From contig NC_068981.1 of assembly GCF_001194135.2 (NCBI RefSeq), forward strand, positions 126,416,514 to 126,474,637: a stretch of DNA of 58,124 nt, in the 5' to 3' direction. Positions 37,334 to 49,574 of this stretch are shown here, piece after piece (positions within the stretch are counted from its first letter, which is position 1; every line of letters begins with the position of its first letter). Under the pieces are notes generated by a model. That model was given only the letters and a program-made list of their open reading frames with translations, was not told where the DNA came from and searched no databases. A program made the translations under genes and the position numbers. Source of the DNA: Octopus bimaculoides (lineage: Eukaryota).

Positions 37334-38414
37334 ATGCCTCCCAACAGCGTCGTGGAACGTTTGACGGAGGGTCCGGTTAAATTGCTTGGGGCCTGGTTTG
37401 GACCAGATCTTCAGATGGAGAAAAACTGGAGTGAGGTCCAGTTGACAAGGTCCGACTTGCCCCTTACTATGGATGGCCGAGGTTGCACAGGTGTTTATAG
37501 CATCTGCGACAACCTACCACCTAACTGTCGTGCCTTGCCCCGGGGTGTGGCTGACCAAGCTGGAACGGATCCTTTTCCGCTTTTTGTGGAATGGGAAACC
37601 ACCACTTGTGAGGCGCTCCATCTGCTGCCAGAAACGGTTAAAGGGTGGGTTAGGGATGCCTTGGCTGATGATGCACATGTATGCGCTGAAACTGAGACAC
37701 CTCTGGCTCTACCTGGATGGTGAACGGGTGTGGTCACAGCATGTCAAGTTCTTCCTGCCACAATTGACGTCCCTGCGGGACGTAGGCGCATGGATTATGC
37801 GGAGACCGAAAATGAGCGAATGGCAGGAGTGCATACATGTACTCGCTCTGTTCTCCCGAGTGAGCAATACCGGCAGCGGGGCTACCGCTGTGGATTTTTA
37901 TAGCGGGTTGGTAGAGACGTCCTGGGGGAGACTCTAGGTTTCGACGAGGAACAGCTTGTCAACCTGTCCGGAAGAACTTTCGGGCCGAGGTATCTGGACA
38001 ACTTCCAGAAATCCCTGACCTGGCTGTGCTACGATCGGCTTTGCCAGTTCATGAGAGGTTGTCAAGGCATGGTGCTGGAATCCCACCCACATGCCCGAGG
38101 TGCGGGCGTGTCAGCGAAACTGTCACACACGCCTTCGTACGTTGCGAGGAACTAAGGGGACTGATAACCTATGTCGAACTGGTGTCAGATACGGAAAGAG
38201 TAGGGTTATCGACTGAGTCTATCATCAAGATTGTGCCGCCTCCCTCCTTTAACAAGGAAAAGGAGGTGTCATTTTTCTTCGTAGTAGCCATATTGAAAGA
38301 GACAGTATGGGTGACGCATGGAAGAGGAATTGAGACAGGGAACTTCTCCGGACACGGGTTGGTTAGTTTTTTTAACTACCACCTGTCCAGAAAGATCAGT
38401 CTGGAGAAGAGAAG
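37334..38414 (+). mobile_element. Tx1/L1-clade LINE ORF2 3' part (RT thumb plus zinc knuckle), cut by N-gap
   Basis: GPVKLLGAWFGPDLQ, TKLERILFRFLWNG...KGGLGMPWL and LPVHERL...TCPRCGRVSETVTHAFVRC (CX2CX7HX4C). Same family as 830-1695. Confidence 0.9.
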
Positions 38415-38650
38415 NNNNNNNNNNNNNNNNNNNNNNNNNNNNNNNNNNNNNNNNNNNNNNNNNNNNNNNNNNNNNNNNNNNNNNNNNNNNNNNNNNNNNN
38501 NNNNNNNNNNNNNNNNNNNNNNNNNNNNNNNNNNNNNNNNNNNNNNNNNNNNNNNNNNNNNNNNNNNNNNNNNNNNNNNNNNNNNNNNNNNNNNNNNNNN
38601 NNNNNNNNNNNNNNNNNNNNNNNNNNNNNNNNNNNNNNNNNNNNNNNATT

Positions 38651-39252
38651 CGAAGTTATTTCATGTTAAAAATTGTCGTACTTCGGTAATTTCAACCAAT
38701 CACTGACGTCTATTGAGGCGAAAACAATTACTGTTGTTGTTTGTCAACAACACGTTGTGGCGGTGTAATGGGATCTTTTCCCTTGAATAAAATTAGTGCC
38801 GTTGTTTGTCAACAACAACTATCGGCGGTACTGTTATTTATGACATCGTTCGTGTGTTTGTACTGGTTTTAGCTTTAGGGTTTTAGGGTTAGGGTTAGGG
38901 TTCAATACACCGCCACAAATTTTTCACCAAATTTGGCAAAAATACTCATAACCCTAACCCTAACCTTAACCCTAAAAGCCTAACCTTAGCCCTAACTCTA
39001 AAACCCGAACCCTAACCCTAAAACCCAAAAGCTAAAACCAGTACAAACGCACGAACGATGTCATAAATAACAGTACCGTCGATAGTTGTTGTTGACAAAC
39101 AACGGCACTAATTTTATTCAAGGAAAAAGATCCCATTACACCGCCACAAAGTGTTGCTGACAAACCACAGCAGTAATTGTTTTTGCCTCAATAGACGTCA
39201 GTGATTGGTTGAAATTACCGAAATAAGACAACTTTAACACGAAATAACTTTA
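38651..39252. mobile_element. About 600-bp fold-back / MITE-like element with internal telomeric repeats
   Basis: Arms of about 225 bp (GAAGTTATTTCATGTTAAA...GTACTGGTTTTAGC and its reverse complement). TTAGGG tract at 38875-38902, 47-bp spacer, CCCTAA tract at 38950-39029. Confidence 0.92.
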
Positions 39253-42200
39253 AAAATATAAACTTTTCTCAACAACACTAAGAGTAAAAGATGTTTTATA
39301 TGATACATTCTACCAGTGTCCTAAGTTCTAAAGTGTTTCGTTGGAAAACAAATGGTGTCCGCCAAATCAGAAAGATCCAAAGGGCTATTATAAAAAGTTT
39401 TAAAAAAAGGGAAAAAACCGGCGGGTCGAACACGAACCCGAAAATATATCAACGTATAATTTTTAAATTCATTTCAATTTCATTGTTCTGTGTAAATTCA
39501 TCCGATTTCATTATATTCAATTTTCTAACAAAGGTATAACCCCAGCCCCTAAATGTTTTTTGTTATGTCCTTGTGTTGTACCTTCTGTGTCATGGCCTGT
39601 GTACCGAATAAAAGAAATTAGTAGAAAACTGGTGGGAATTCACAATTAATATCTCGCATGTTATACCATAAGTTTATATTGAAGAAGCTGAAAATATGTT
39701 TATTTATACAATTAATGTCTTTAGGAAAGTGTTTTTATACCAACAATTGACAGAATAAATGTGTGTCTATTATGTTTATAAAGATAATTAAGCGTTAAAA
39801 AAAAAACCCTGATGGAAAGCAATTCTGTTGCCAATGGGATAAACATTTAAAGAACGGCTTAAAGTAGTTTTAATAGAACTGTATTGCTATCCAAGATAGC
39901 ATAGCATAAACATAAGTAAACAGTCCGCGTTTCCTAAAAACTAATTTTGTTCTTAAAAAAAAATTCTAGACTCTATATTGTTAATATCTTTCCTTCAGAA
40001 CTTATTTAGTCTTGTAAAAACAGACCCCATTATTATTAAAACCGATACGTAAATAAATAATGTGTTAGATGTTAAGGACAATATCAAGTATAGCAATGAA
40101 GGAAAAGAGAAACGAAAAATGCCAGCTGCTAAACTGTAATGCACCAAACACAAACTGATTTTGACGCATTTAAAAGAAATCTCACGCTTGTGAAATGTGT
40201 AGGCAATAGGAATAATTTATACATATTGTCTTTAAAAACACAAAACACTGTTGTTATTGTTGTTCTTTATCCCCAGGTTAGCACTGATCGTGCATAACTA
40301 TGATCCAAGACATTCCAGTCGTGACCATTTCGTCTTCTGTTCAAATTTAGTATCCAATGTGTCCCACTTTTTTGTAAGACGACTAGCTGAGATTTGTGGG
40401 AGATTTCATTGACATATCACATCGAACATAACAGCGTTGAAATTGCACCCCTTTTACACATTTGGAGCCACCTGCAGATAAATATTCTGAAACTCATAAA
40501 TTTTTTAACCGTTTAGACAAAGTAGGAAAATTATGAGATAAATTTGCTGAGCATTCCACAGATCAGGTCCAATAGTTCTTATCTGTGACTTGTGCTATAG
40601 CTACCGAGACTGGTGGAACGAAGGGAGGAAGATAATCTTTTACACCAGAGATATGGCGGAGTGCTGGTGACAGAATGAAGTCCGCTAAATGCATTCAAGA
40701 ACCAGATGGTGATATTCAACAGGGGATGGATCAAGTAATTCGTTCAGGAATTTAGAAGGTGGAAAGCTACAAGAGATTCCTCAAAGCACTATTTAACTTG
40801 CGCTATATCTTACAGCTCTTTGTATTCCACTAGTCCCGCCCTATTGATTGGTACTTTATTTTAATGACCCTGAAGAGACGAAAGCAAAGTTGACCTTTGT
40901 GACAATTTAACTGAGAGAGGAGAGAGTTAGAACAAGTACCAAAAGGCATTTTGTCCAATACTTTAATGATTCTGCCAATTCACCCAACCCACAAAAGAAA
41001 AAATGGTTTCAGCGCCGATACAAATGTTGCATATAAGTTACAAATCTATGAATTTGTGAAATAACGATTCGCATTGCTTTTGGCACACATGGACCTCACA
41101 AGTTCGTATGTACATGTGCTTCCCCCACTGCTCTTGAAAAAATGTTTCCAATCTTTGGTGAAACCCCACCTAGTTAGCTGTGTTAACTATGGACTACCAA
41201 AATGTAGATAACGATTTAGTCATTCATTTAGTTTAGTTTGCTATTATATTGTTTGTGTGGTCAATCAAGTACAGCATTCTTTAAGCATGCTTCACACACA
41301 CACACAAATGTACACAGGCGCACGTGTGCACACAATACATACGTGTATATGTATGAATTCATTAAAAATAAGAGAAAGGGAGAAAAACAGACTAAATTAC
41401 TCAGTACATGCAATAGGTGATACGATATATATTACTGAATGGATGCTAGTATTATATCCATATCTCTCCCTCACATATGGACATACACACATACACACGC
41501 ATACATACATACACACACATATACTTATAAATATATTGTATTTGTTTTATGTATCATAATTATAGAAATGCTCAATGCACTTTGAATCATCAAGGACCTA
41601 TTTTATGTGCGTTTATACACACAAGATAATAAATGTCTTATTTAATCAATCTTATAGTCGACTGTACTCACTCAGCCCGCTGATGGATGCGCTTAATTTA
41701 GGTAAGTGTCTGCAGGTGAAATTTTTTCTCAAGAATGTCAAAACTAACTCACCAAATGTAAGATAAATGATAATTGTAGCCATAGCTCACCTTTGTACTA
41801 CTCTTAATGAGCAGCTGGTAAAATTTATGGCTTTTCGGGAAATTATAGTTTTAAATCTAATATTGGCTTTAAATTTTGGCACAAGGCCAACAATTTCGGG
41901 GGAGGGGTAAGTCGATTACACCCCCCCCCCCCCCNNNNNNNNNNNNNNNNNNNNNNNNNNNNNNNNNNNNNNNNNNNNNNNNNNNNNNNNNNNNNNNNNN
42001 NNNNNNNNNNNNNNNNNNNNNNNNNNNNNNNNNNNNNNNNNNNNNNNNNNNNNNNNNNNNNNNNNNNNNNNNNNNNNNNNNNNNNNNNNNNNNNNNNNNN
42101 NNNNNNNNNNNNNNNNNNNNNNNNNNNNNNNNNNNNNNNNNNNNNNNNNNNNNNNNNNNNNNNNNNNNNNNNNNNNNNNNNNNNNNNNNNNNNNNNNNNN

Positions 42201-42590
42201 NNNNNNNNNNNNNNNNNNNNNNNNNNNNNNNNNNNNNNNNNNNNNNNNNNNNNNNNNNNNNNNNNNNNNNNNNNNNNNNNNNNNNNNNNNNNNNNNNNNN
42301 NNNNNNNNNNNNNNNNNNNNNNNNNNNNNNNNNNNNNNNNNNNNNNNNNNNNNNNNNNNNNNNNNNNNNNNNNNNNNNNNNNNNNNNNNNNNNNNNNNNN
42401 NNNNNNNNNNNNNNNNNNNNNNNNNNNNNNNNNNNNNNNNNNNNNNNNNNNNNNNNNNNNNNNNNNNNNNNNNNNNNNNNNNNNNNNNNNNNNNNNNNNN
42501 NNNNNNNNNNNNNNNNNNNNNNNNNNNNNNNNNNNNNNNNNNNNNNNNNNNNNNNNNNNNNNNNNNNNNNNNATATATATATATATATAT

Positions 42591-42749
42591 ACGACGGGCT
42601 TCTTTCAGTTTCCGTCTACCAGATCCACTCACAATGCTTTGGTCGGCCCGAGGCTATAGTAGAAGACACTTGCCCAAGGTGCCACGCAGTGGGACTGAAC
42701 TTGGAACTATGTGGTTGGTAAGCAATCTACTTACCACACAGCCACTCCT
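42591..42749 (-). mobile_element. Family-B SINE 5' half (the rest is probably in the N-gap)
   Basis: CGACGGGCTTCTTTCAGTTTCCGTCTACC...CTTACCACACAGCCACTCC. Confidence 0.9.
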
Positions 42750-43122
42750 ATATAATCTTCACAAAGCATGTAGAGTCAAAATCAATTTTAATGCTATTAG
42801 CTGAGAAAGTTTGTGCTTTAGCAGTAAGCATTTATTTCTTCTATTAATGTTTTTGTTCTTGTCCAAAATTTACTTCTACAGAACACAACTGCTTCAATAC
42901 AAAGTTTTTCAAAGCAACATTATAATTCTTTCATTAAATGGGCGATCCGAAGTTGGTATCTTTGTCTGAAAGTATTTCGACTGTTTATCACGTGACAAGA
43001 GGAGGTCGTGTCCTTGAGATTATATATCTGATAGTAAGTTTCAGATTAGCAACAAATTATCTCGCAGACAAAGTAGCTGTACAAGTTAGGCAAAGACATT
43101 TACAATTAACTCATACAATAAT

Positions 43123-43511
43123 TGTTGTTGTTGTTAGCACTCCGTCGTTTACGACATCGAGGGTTCCAGTTGATCCGATCAACGGAACAGCCTGCTCATG
43201 AAATTAACGTGCAAGTGGCTGAGCACTCCACAGACACGTGTACCCTTAACGTAGTTCTCGGGGATATTCGGCGTGACACAGTGTGACAAGGCTGACCCTT
43301 TGAATTACAGGCACAACAGAAACAGGAAGTAAGAGTGAGAGAAAGCTGTGGTGAAAGAGTACATCAGGGTTCGCCACCATCCCCTGCCGGAGCCTCGTGG
43401 AGCTGTAGGTGTTTTCGTTCAATAAACACTCACAACGCCCGGTTTCGGAATCAAAACCGCGATCCTATGATCCGCGAGTCCACTGCCCTAACCACTGGGC
43501 CTTTGCGCCTC
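43123..43511 (-). mobile_element. Full-length tRNA-derived SINE (family D; OR-type, (CAA)n tail) with a 23-bp TSD
   Basis: Reverse complement of the 49575 copy. TSD TTACAATTAACTCATACAATAAT at 43100-43122 and 43519-43541. Confidence 0.92.
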
Positions 43512-43590
43512 TACACACTTACAATTAACTCATACAATAATAGCACAGCAAATTTCTACAAAATATACCAAATGCGTGTACAATGAAATC

Positions 43591-43822
43591 ATTCCAGAAA
43601 AAAAATTATATTAAAATATAAGCTTCGCTACATATTTGTATTCTTGCAGTGTAGCAAAGCTTATATTTTAGTATAAGTTTCTTCTCGAATCGATTTTTTA
43701 TTACCTATGAAATTTTCTGTGTCGCCTTTTATAGGTAATAAAAAATCGATTCCAGAAAAAACTTATACTAAAATATAAGCTTCGCTACACTGCAAGAATA
43801 CAAATATGTTTTGAACATATTT
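43591..43822. repeat. Nested inverted/direct repeat: 79-bp arms (43630-43708 / 43731-43809)
   Basis: The arms have 3 mismatches in 79 bp. 43591-43632 is a direct copy of part of the right arm, and there is an extra hairpin at 43802-43822. Confidence 0.92.
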
Positions 43823-44299
43823 AAGTGTTGAACAAAAGTGCATTGCTATATGTGTTTCGGTTCTTTGCGTTCTGTGTTCAAATTCTGCTGGTTCATCTTT
43901 GCCTTTCCACCCTTTGGCATTCGATAAAATAAAGTACCTGTCAAATTCTTGAGTAGATTTAATCACCTAGCCTCTCTACTAAAAGCGTGACGCTGTACGT
44001 ATTTGAAAAAGAATGTCATTCTTTAGGCTTCTGATATACCAGTTATTTATGCTCACCGATTACGTCATTTGCTTTGTTGAACTAATTTTCTGGAATCTTT
44101 TATTCCAATAATCAAAACCTGTTAAAAAAAGGAACTGTGAATCTTTCTTTTTTAAGTTGTCTTCTGAAGAAAAGCCGAATGAAATTAAAAATGGCAAATC
44201 ATCTGAAGAGAAACGTCTTTCTCAGAAGAATTTTCTTTTAAAGTTGCAAAAAAAAAGAAAAAACTAGAACGTTTCAAAGTAACTGGTGCAGCGAGAGAA

Positions 44300-44381
<82 letters not shown>

Positions 44382-44822
44382 TGTGTGGCCATATATCACG
44401 CAAAAAATAATCTCTGTTTTCCCATGTTTGTTAGTTTTGTAACTCGTGAAAGTGTATAAGAACTGGGTATTATGATCCAAATATTTTTTCTAATGTTTTA
44501 ATACGAGAAATATACTGTACATTGTCTTATAATGTTAAAGTCTTTTGTTAACAATTTATTTTATTTTATGCCTTCTGTCTACTCTGGTTATTTAATGACA
44601 GCTAATTTGACAAATTAAACACACGGAGTTACACCGGACTCTACCAGAAGTAACTTCGAAACAAAATTAATTTTTAAAAAAATATTAGTATTATTTGAAC
44701 TTTGGACATTATGCCTTGCTCTTGCTGAATTTACAGCTCTTAACATTTCGATCAAGAATCCACCGAAGGTCAACTTTGTTTTCCCCTTTTTGTTACAAAT
44801 CAATATCAACACTGAAAAAGAC

Positions 44823-45035
44823 GGCGATCTAGCAGAATCGATACCGCGCCGTGCAAAATGCTTAATGGTATTTCATCTGTGTTTACGTTTTGAGTTCAAA
44901 TTCTACCGAGGCTGACTTTGCCTTTCATTCTTTTGGGGTTGAAGAAATAAGTATCAGTTGAACACTGGGGTCAATATAATCGACTTACCTCCACCCCTTT
45001 AAATTTCTGGCCTTGGGCTCAAATTTGAAACCAAT
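44823..45035 (+). mobile_element. tRNA-derived SINE (family C), near full length
   Basis: GGCGATCTAGCAGAATCG...GAGTTCAAATTC (B-box)...ACTTTGCCTTTCAT...AATAAGTATCAG...AAATTTGAAACC. Confidence 0.85.
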
Positions 45036-45599
45036 ATTAACATCCAGTATTGTTGTGTACCAGTCAACCGAAATCACACTTTACTAGACGTACAGTAGAG
45101 ATTTAAGAAGTTTGTTTCTTTTAGAAGTGAATCAACTCGACCTTGGCAGAAACACTTCTCAATGGTTAAATAAACCTAGTTTTAATTACTAATAAATATT
45201 CTTATAGTTTACTACTGTAACCAGCGGTAGAGCAATATAATTGATAAATGATCTTTTTGGCTTGTAGCACTTGAGTTCAACTACACCATTACACATAACT
45301 AGAATAAGTGTTTAATCTACGCGTAAGAGTACTAGGGTATTATTCATGGCCTCACTCCCTCTTTTATGAGGACAAATGAGCTTTAGGGGAATTTTTTGTT
45401 TAGTTAAGATGTATGATTAAAATTGTAAAATATCCAATTCCGATTTTGTTCGTACCTAATGAGCGAAATGCGAATAAAATTTTACAGTTGTTCAAATAGA
45501 GTATTTAGATAAATGGTATTTATAATGTCTAGATATATTCTGCACGTTTACTCTTTTTTCTCACTTACATAAAAGATACACACATATACATTCATATAT

Positions 45600-45836
45600 A
45601 ATACATACATACATGATGGCCGTCCACTCGTGACCGAGGAAGACCATTGCCGACCTTCAGGAACATTGTGCGCTCTAGGACTAACTTATATTTTGCATTT
45701 GCGGCTCCGTTGGTGGCTAATGAGCCCTGCTCTTGACAAGCATACACGACTGCAAACATTGCAGACCAAGCTTTCCCCATTCACTATATGAGCCGTGCGC
45801 TTTCGCGCAGCTCGCTTAAGTTCTTCATGCTGGAAA
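45600..45836 (-). mobile_element. RTE/BovB-like LINE 3' end with (ATGT)n tail
   Basis: Minus-strand translation ...ESLVCNVCSRVCLSRAGLISHQRS (terminal C2H2-like motif), then a short UTR and microsatellite tail. Confidence 0.78.
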
Positions 45837-45846
45837 CATGCTCTCT

Positions 45847-45878
<32 letters not shown>

Positions 45879-46189
45879 CATACATACATAATACATACAT
45901 ACATAATACATACATACATGTTTATATACTTACATTTTCGTGGATGCTTGTATGAGCGAGTGTACATGCATCATGCAACTTGCGCGAGAGCGTTTATGCA
46001 TCCATATCTGTTAACGGTTATTTTTAATACTTTTCTCGCAGTATTGAGTGTTCGTTTCTTTTTTGCATCTTTGATTTTATTTTTGATCTTCTATATAAAC
46101 GAAGATATTTCCTTCGTTTTGCTGCTTTTCTTTCTACGAAATGAGAAAATACATCGCGGAACTGTTATTTTAACGAGTTGTATCTATAT

Positions 46190-46284
46190 ATCACCCGATG
46201 ACACACATTTGCAATGCCGGATGCTTCTGAACCAGTTGTTAAGTGAGAGATCGATGCTAGATGTGTCGAAACAACTGTCGTGAT
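46190..46284 (+). ncRNA. Hammerhead-like motif with a long loop II and two core substitutions
   Basis: ATCAC-CCGATGA-CACACAT-(52 nt)-ATGTGTC-GAAAC-AACT-GTC-GTGAT, followed by AATAAAAG. Confidence 0.6.
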
Positions 46285-46326
46285 TAATAAAAGTTCTCGT
46301 ATATTCCATCTTCCGTCTTTCATTTA

Positions 46327-46384
<58 letters not shown>

Positions 46385-46388
<4 letters not shown>

Positions 46389-46925
46389 GTGTTAATAACA
46401 CCTATAAGGAGGTGCTTTATCTATTCACCAAAGTGAATGGAGCCTTGGCCAGGAAGAACTGATGTTGTCAGACAGTATCCAACATTCATCGGGTGTTTTG
46501 ACCGTGAACCGTAACACCCTCCCGTTAGTGGGTCAGCAGAGATGGCCAAGTCACTGTTCTTCATCTCCTCCTGCCCTCCAGCTTAACTCTTCTCTCTTAC
46601 ACCAAAGCCAACAAGAGGGTATTTCAGCTGCCTCTCCCATCTTGCGTACAGCCACCCATCGCTCCTTACCTCTCATTCCAATTGCTGTAAGCATCCTCCA
46701 TGCCGACTGAGCAGGGAATCCCCTACAGCCAACTTCGGCTGGGAAAAACCATACTTGCCATTCCTTCTCCCTGCAATCCTGCAGAAGACTCTCATATCTG
46801 GCACGCTTCCGTTCATGGACCTCATCACACCCCTCTTCCCACGGGATTGTTAGTTCAATTACGATAATTTTCTTAGCCTTTTCAGATCACAAGACCATAT
46901 TTGGCCTCAGAGTTGTATGGACAAG
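46385..46925 (-). mobile_element. Hero-clade (R2-group) non-LTR retrotransposon 3' end: restriction-like endonuclease plus 3' UTR
   Basis: TTLRPNMVL*SEKAKKIIVIELTIPWEE...ERKRARYE.L...FPAEVGCRGF...CWLW.KRE*. Confidence 0.82.
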
Positions 46926-47605
46926 CCGGGGATACTGTACGTATGTATGTATGCATGTATGTATGTATGTATGTATGTATGTATATTTAAATACATACAT
47001 ACATACATGCATGCATGCATACATACATACATACATACATACATACATACATACATACATACATACATACATACATACATACATACATGCATGCATACAT
47101 ACATACATACATGCCTATATATTAGCAGCATGTGTCCATCATTTGTTTCATGGTCCCTATGATATGTACATTTAGGTATCTAGCAATCTAGCAGCTATTG
47201 TAGTTAGATATGTTTGAATTTCGTGGAAATACTGAGATGCATTTTAGTTACCTAATCTGTGATACTTTTACTATATCTACAATTCGTAGAAACACTGTCA
47301 AATTGTTTAGTTAGCCGAATGCGGAGTACAAACGTATATAAGTTTAATTATCTATGTATAATTTGTATTTTGTCAATGTGCTTCATTGATATTGAGTGGA
47401 AATGTACATAAGTTTAGCTGCCCATAAATAAATTGTAAAATGGTAGACACATTTGTTCATACGTTATATTAAATGATACAGACGGACATGTTTTTATACA
47501 ATTAATACAGTGTTGTACAAGTTAAATTAACAATAAAATGAACCACAAAGCAATTTCTCTTCAATGAATTTTCCACGAGTACCCATTAGTATATGCATAA
47601 ATAAG

Positions 47606-47647
<42 letters not shown>

Positions 47648-47727
47648 TACGTACACACACACATTTTTATGTTATCTGAATTTGGCCTTCTCACGTTCGT
47701 CTCAAACCTTGTATGTATGTATGTATG

Positions 47728-47760
<33 letters not shown>

Positions 47761-47956
47761 GTGCAGATTGGTATGTTTTGTTTATGTATGTATTCTCATG
47801 CATATAGCTGCATGTCTAGACATACTCAAATATACTTAAAGGATAAACTTCTGGAAAGTTTTACAGATTTTTATAGTTCTGGTGATAGCTTGGATCTGTA
47901 ATCTTCGAATCATCTTTCTCCTTTCTGGTTTTGAGAAGCCTAATTTCTCAGGAGTG

Positions 47957-48227
47957 GTTAACGAGAAACAGTTTTGCAACTCTATATTCTGAATAATGTT
48001 TTATTTGGTGAAATAATTTTCACCAGGCTGATTATAAATGTTGGTTTGTTCATTTCAATTGTAAATAGAAAAGAAAGTGGAAGAATTCTAGTGATTAGGA
48101 ATTCAAGCTCTCACTCGCTTGGGAAGCAGCTTTTGTTTTTCATCAAGGCGGTGCCCCAATATGGCCGCAGTCTAATAACTGAAACAAGTAAAAGATAAAA
48201 AAAGATATATATATATACATATACATA

Positions 48228-48273
<46 letters not shown>

Positions 48274-48882
48274 AACATGTAGATATATAGATATATACGC
48301 ACACTCACTCATTTATCTGTACTAGGAAGATATTGATCTTTACGCGGAATCTGTCACGATGTAGTGATACTTTCGGAGTGATATTGAGCAATATTGAGCG
48401 ATACTTTTGAATCTAGATATCGCAAATGTTTCCCACGATACGATATTCACTCACCACAATAAATTAAGCAAATCCGCACCTATTATATGCGAATTCGATC
48501 CTTACGGTTTAAACAGTAACACTACATGATATCTAGATACGCTAAACTTTGCCAGCAATGAAGTAAAAACAAAAAACTCTTAAAACTTCGCTCAGTCGCT
48601 TGATATGCTAGTGACTCAGCCAGCTGAAAATTGCTTTTATGTATTACTCCTAAAACCGCACAATGATACGCACATAAATGTTTCACACTAAGTATTTTAA
48701 TTAATTAGTGAATATTCTATGGGGCGTTCACTTATTTTCTTTCTTCACATGAAACTGTTAACGGGAAACAGTTTTGCAATTCTATATTCTGAATAATGTG
48801 TTATTTGGTGAAATAATTTCACCAGGCTGATTACAAATGGTGGTTTGTTCATTTCAATTGTAAACAGAGAAGAAAGTGGAAG
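47957..48882 (+). repeat. Local direct duplication of about 127 bp (47957-48083 and 48757-48882)
   Basis: 7 substitutions and 1 indel between the copies; offset 800 bp. Confidence 0.92.
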
Positions 48883-49574
48883 CATCCTGTTCTTCTATGT
48901 CTGTTCAAGTACTCTTGCTTCCTGTTTTGTCTTGAAATAGTTGATGTGACTGTTATAAAAAGAAATGAATAAAAATATATGAACATCTTGACTGGAATAA
49001 ATAAAGAAAACGACTATGAAAGTTTCAGTTGAAGGGGAAAAAAAATCAACATAAAAATAACTTCCTAGTTTCGAGACAAAACCTGAAAAATCTTCATTTT
49101 CCGCTCATAGTTGAATGTATTTGAATGGCATTTATTATCGCATTTCAAAAATTATACCGTGTTATTGTACAGTTAGTATGTGTTCTATCACGAATAGATA
49201 AAGATTAAAAAGAGTGAACCTTGATATGACTCATACGGTTTCTGAGATTCAAGGTCTGACTACACAGAACAAGCATCTACTTATAGAGCTGATGTTATCA
49301 TAATGGCGACAAACAAAAACATGGTTACACAAATCTGTGTGAAAAGTTAATAGTTAGGCTTTGTTAAAATATCATATAACTTTTCGTGTTATTGTTTAAC
49401 TAAAGACAGTTCTGATCGAGTTGAAGTATGTTCAAAGGCGTTTCAACCATAGAAATCCCACCATTCCCTTCAGATATAGTACATGCAAAATTACATCATC
49501 CAATACGTGCTTACATTTTTAAAGGCAGTGGGTTGTGATTTGTGGGAAACTTGTTTGTTATTTCTAGTAGGGTT

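Noticed and set aside
38875-39029. True ancestral chromosome-fusion site
   Set aside because: The tracts are short and degenerate and embedded in long matched arms, which fits a dispersed element better. Retained as a finding under that interpretation.
41658-41701. 44-nt AG...GTAAGT candidate exon (RLYSLSPLMDALNL); also a 21-nt micro-exon candidate at 56689-56709
   Set aside because: Only splice-like motifs support them; there is no homology or expression evidence available.
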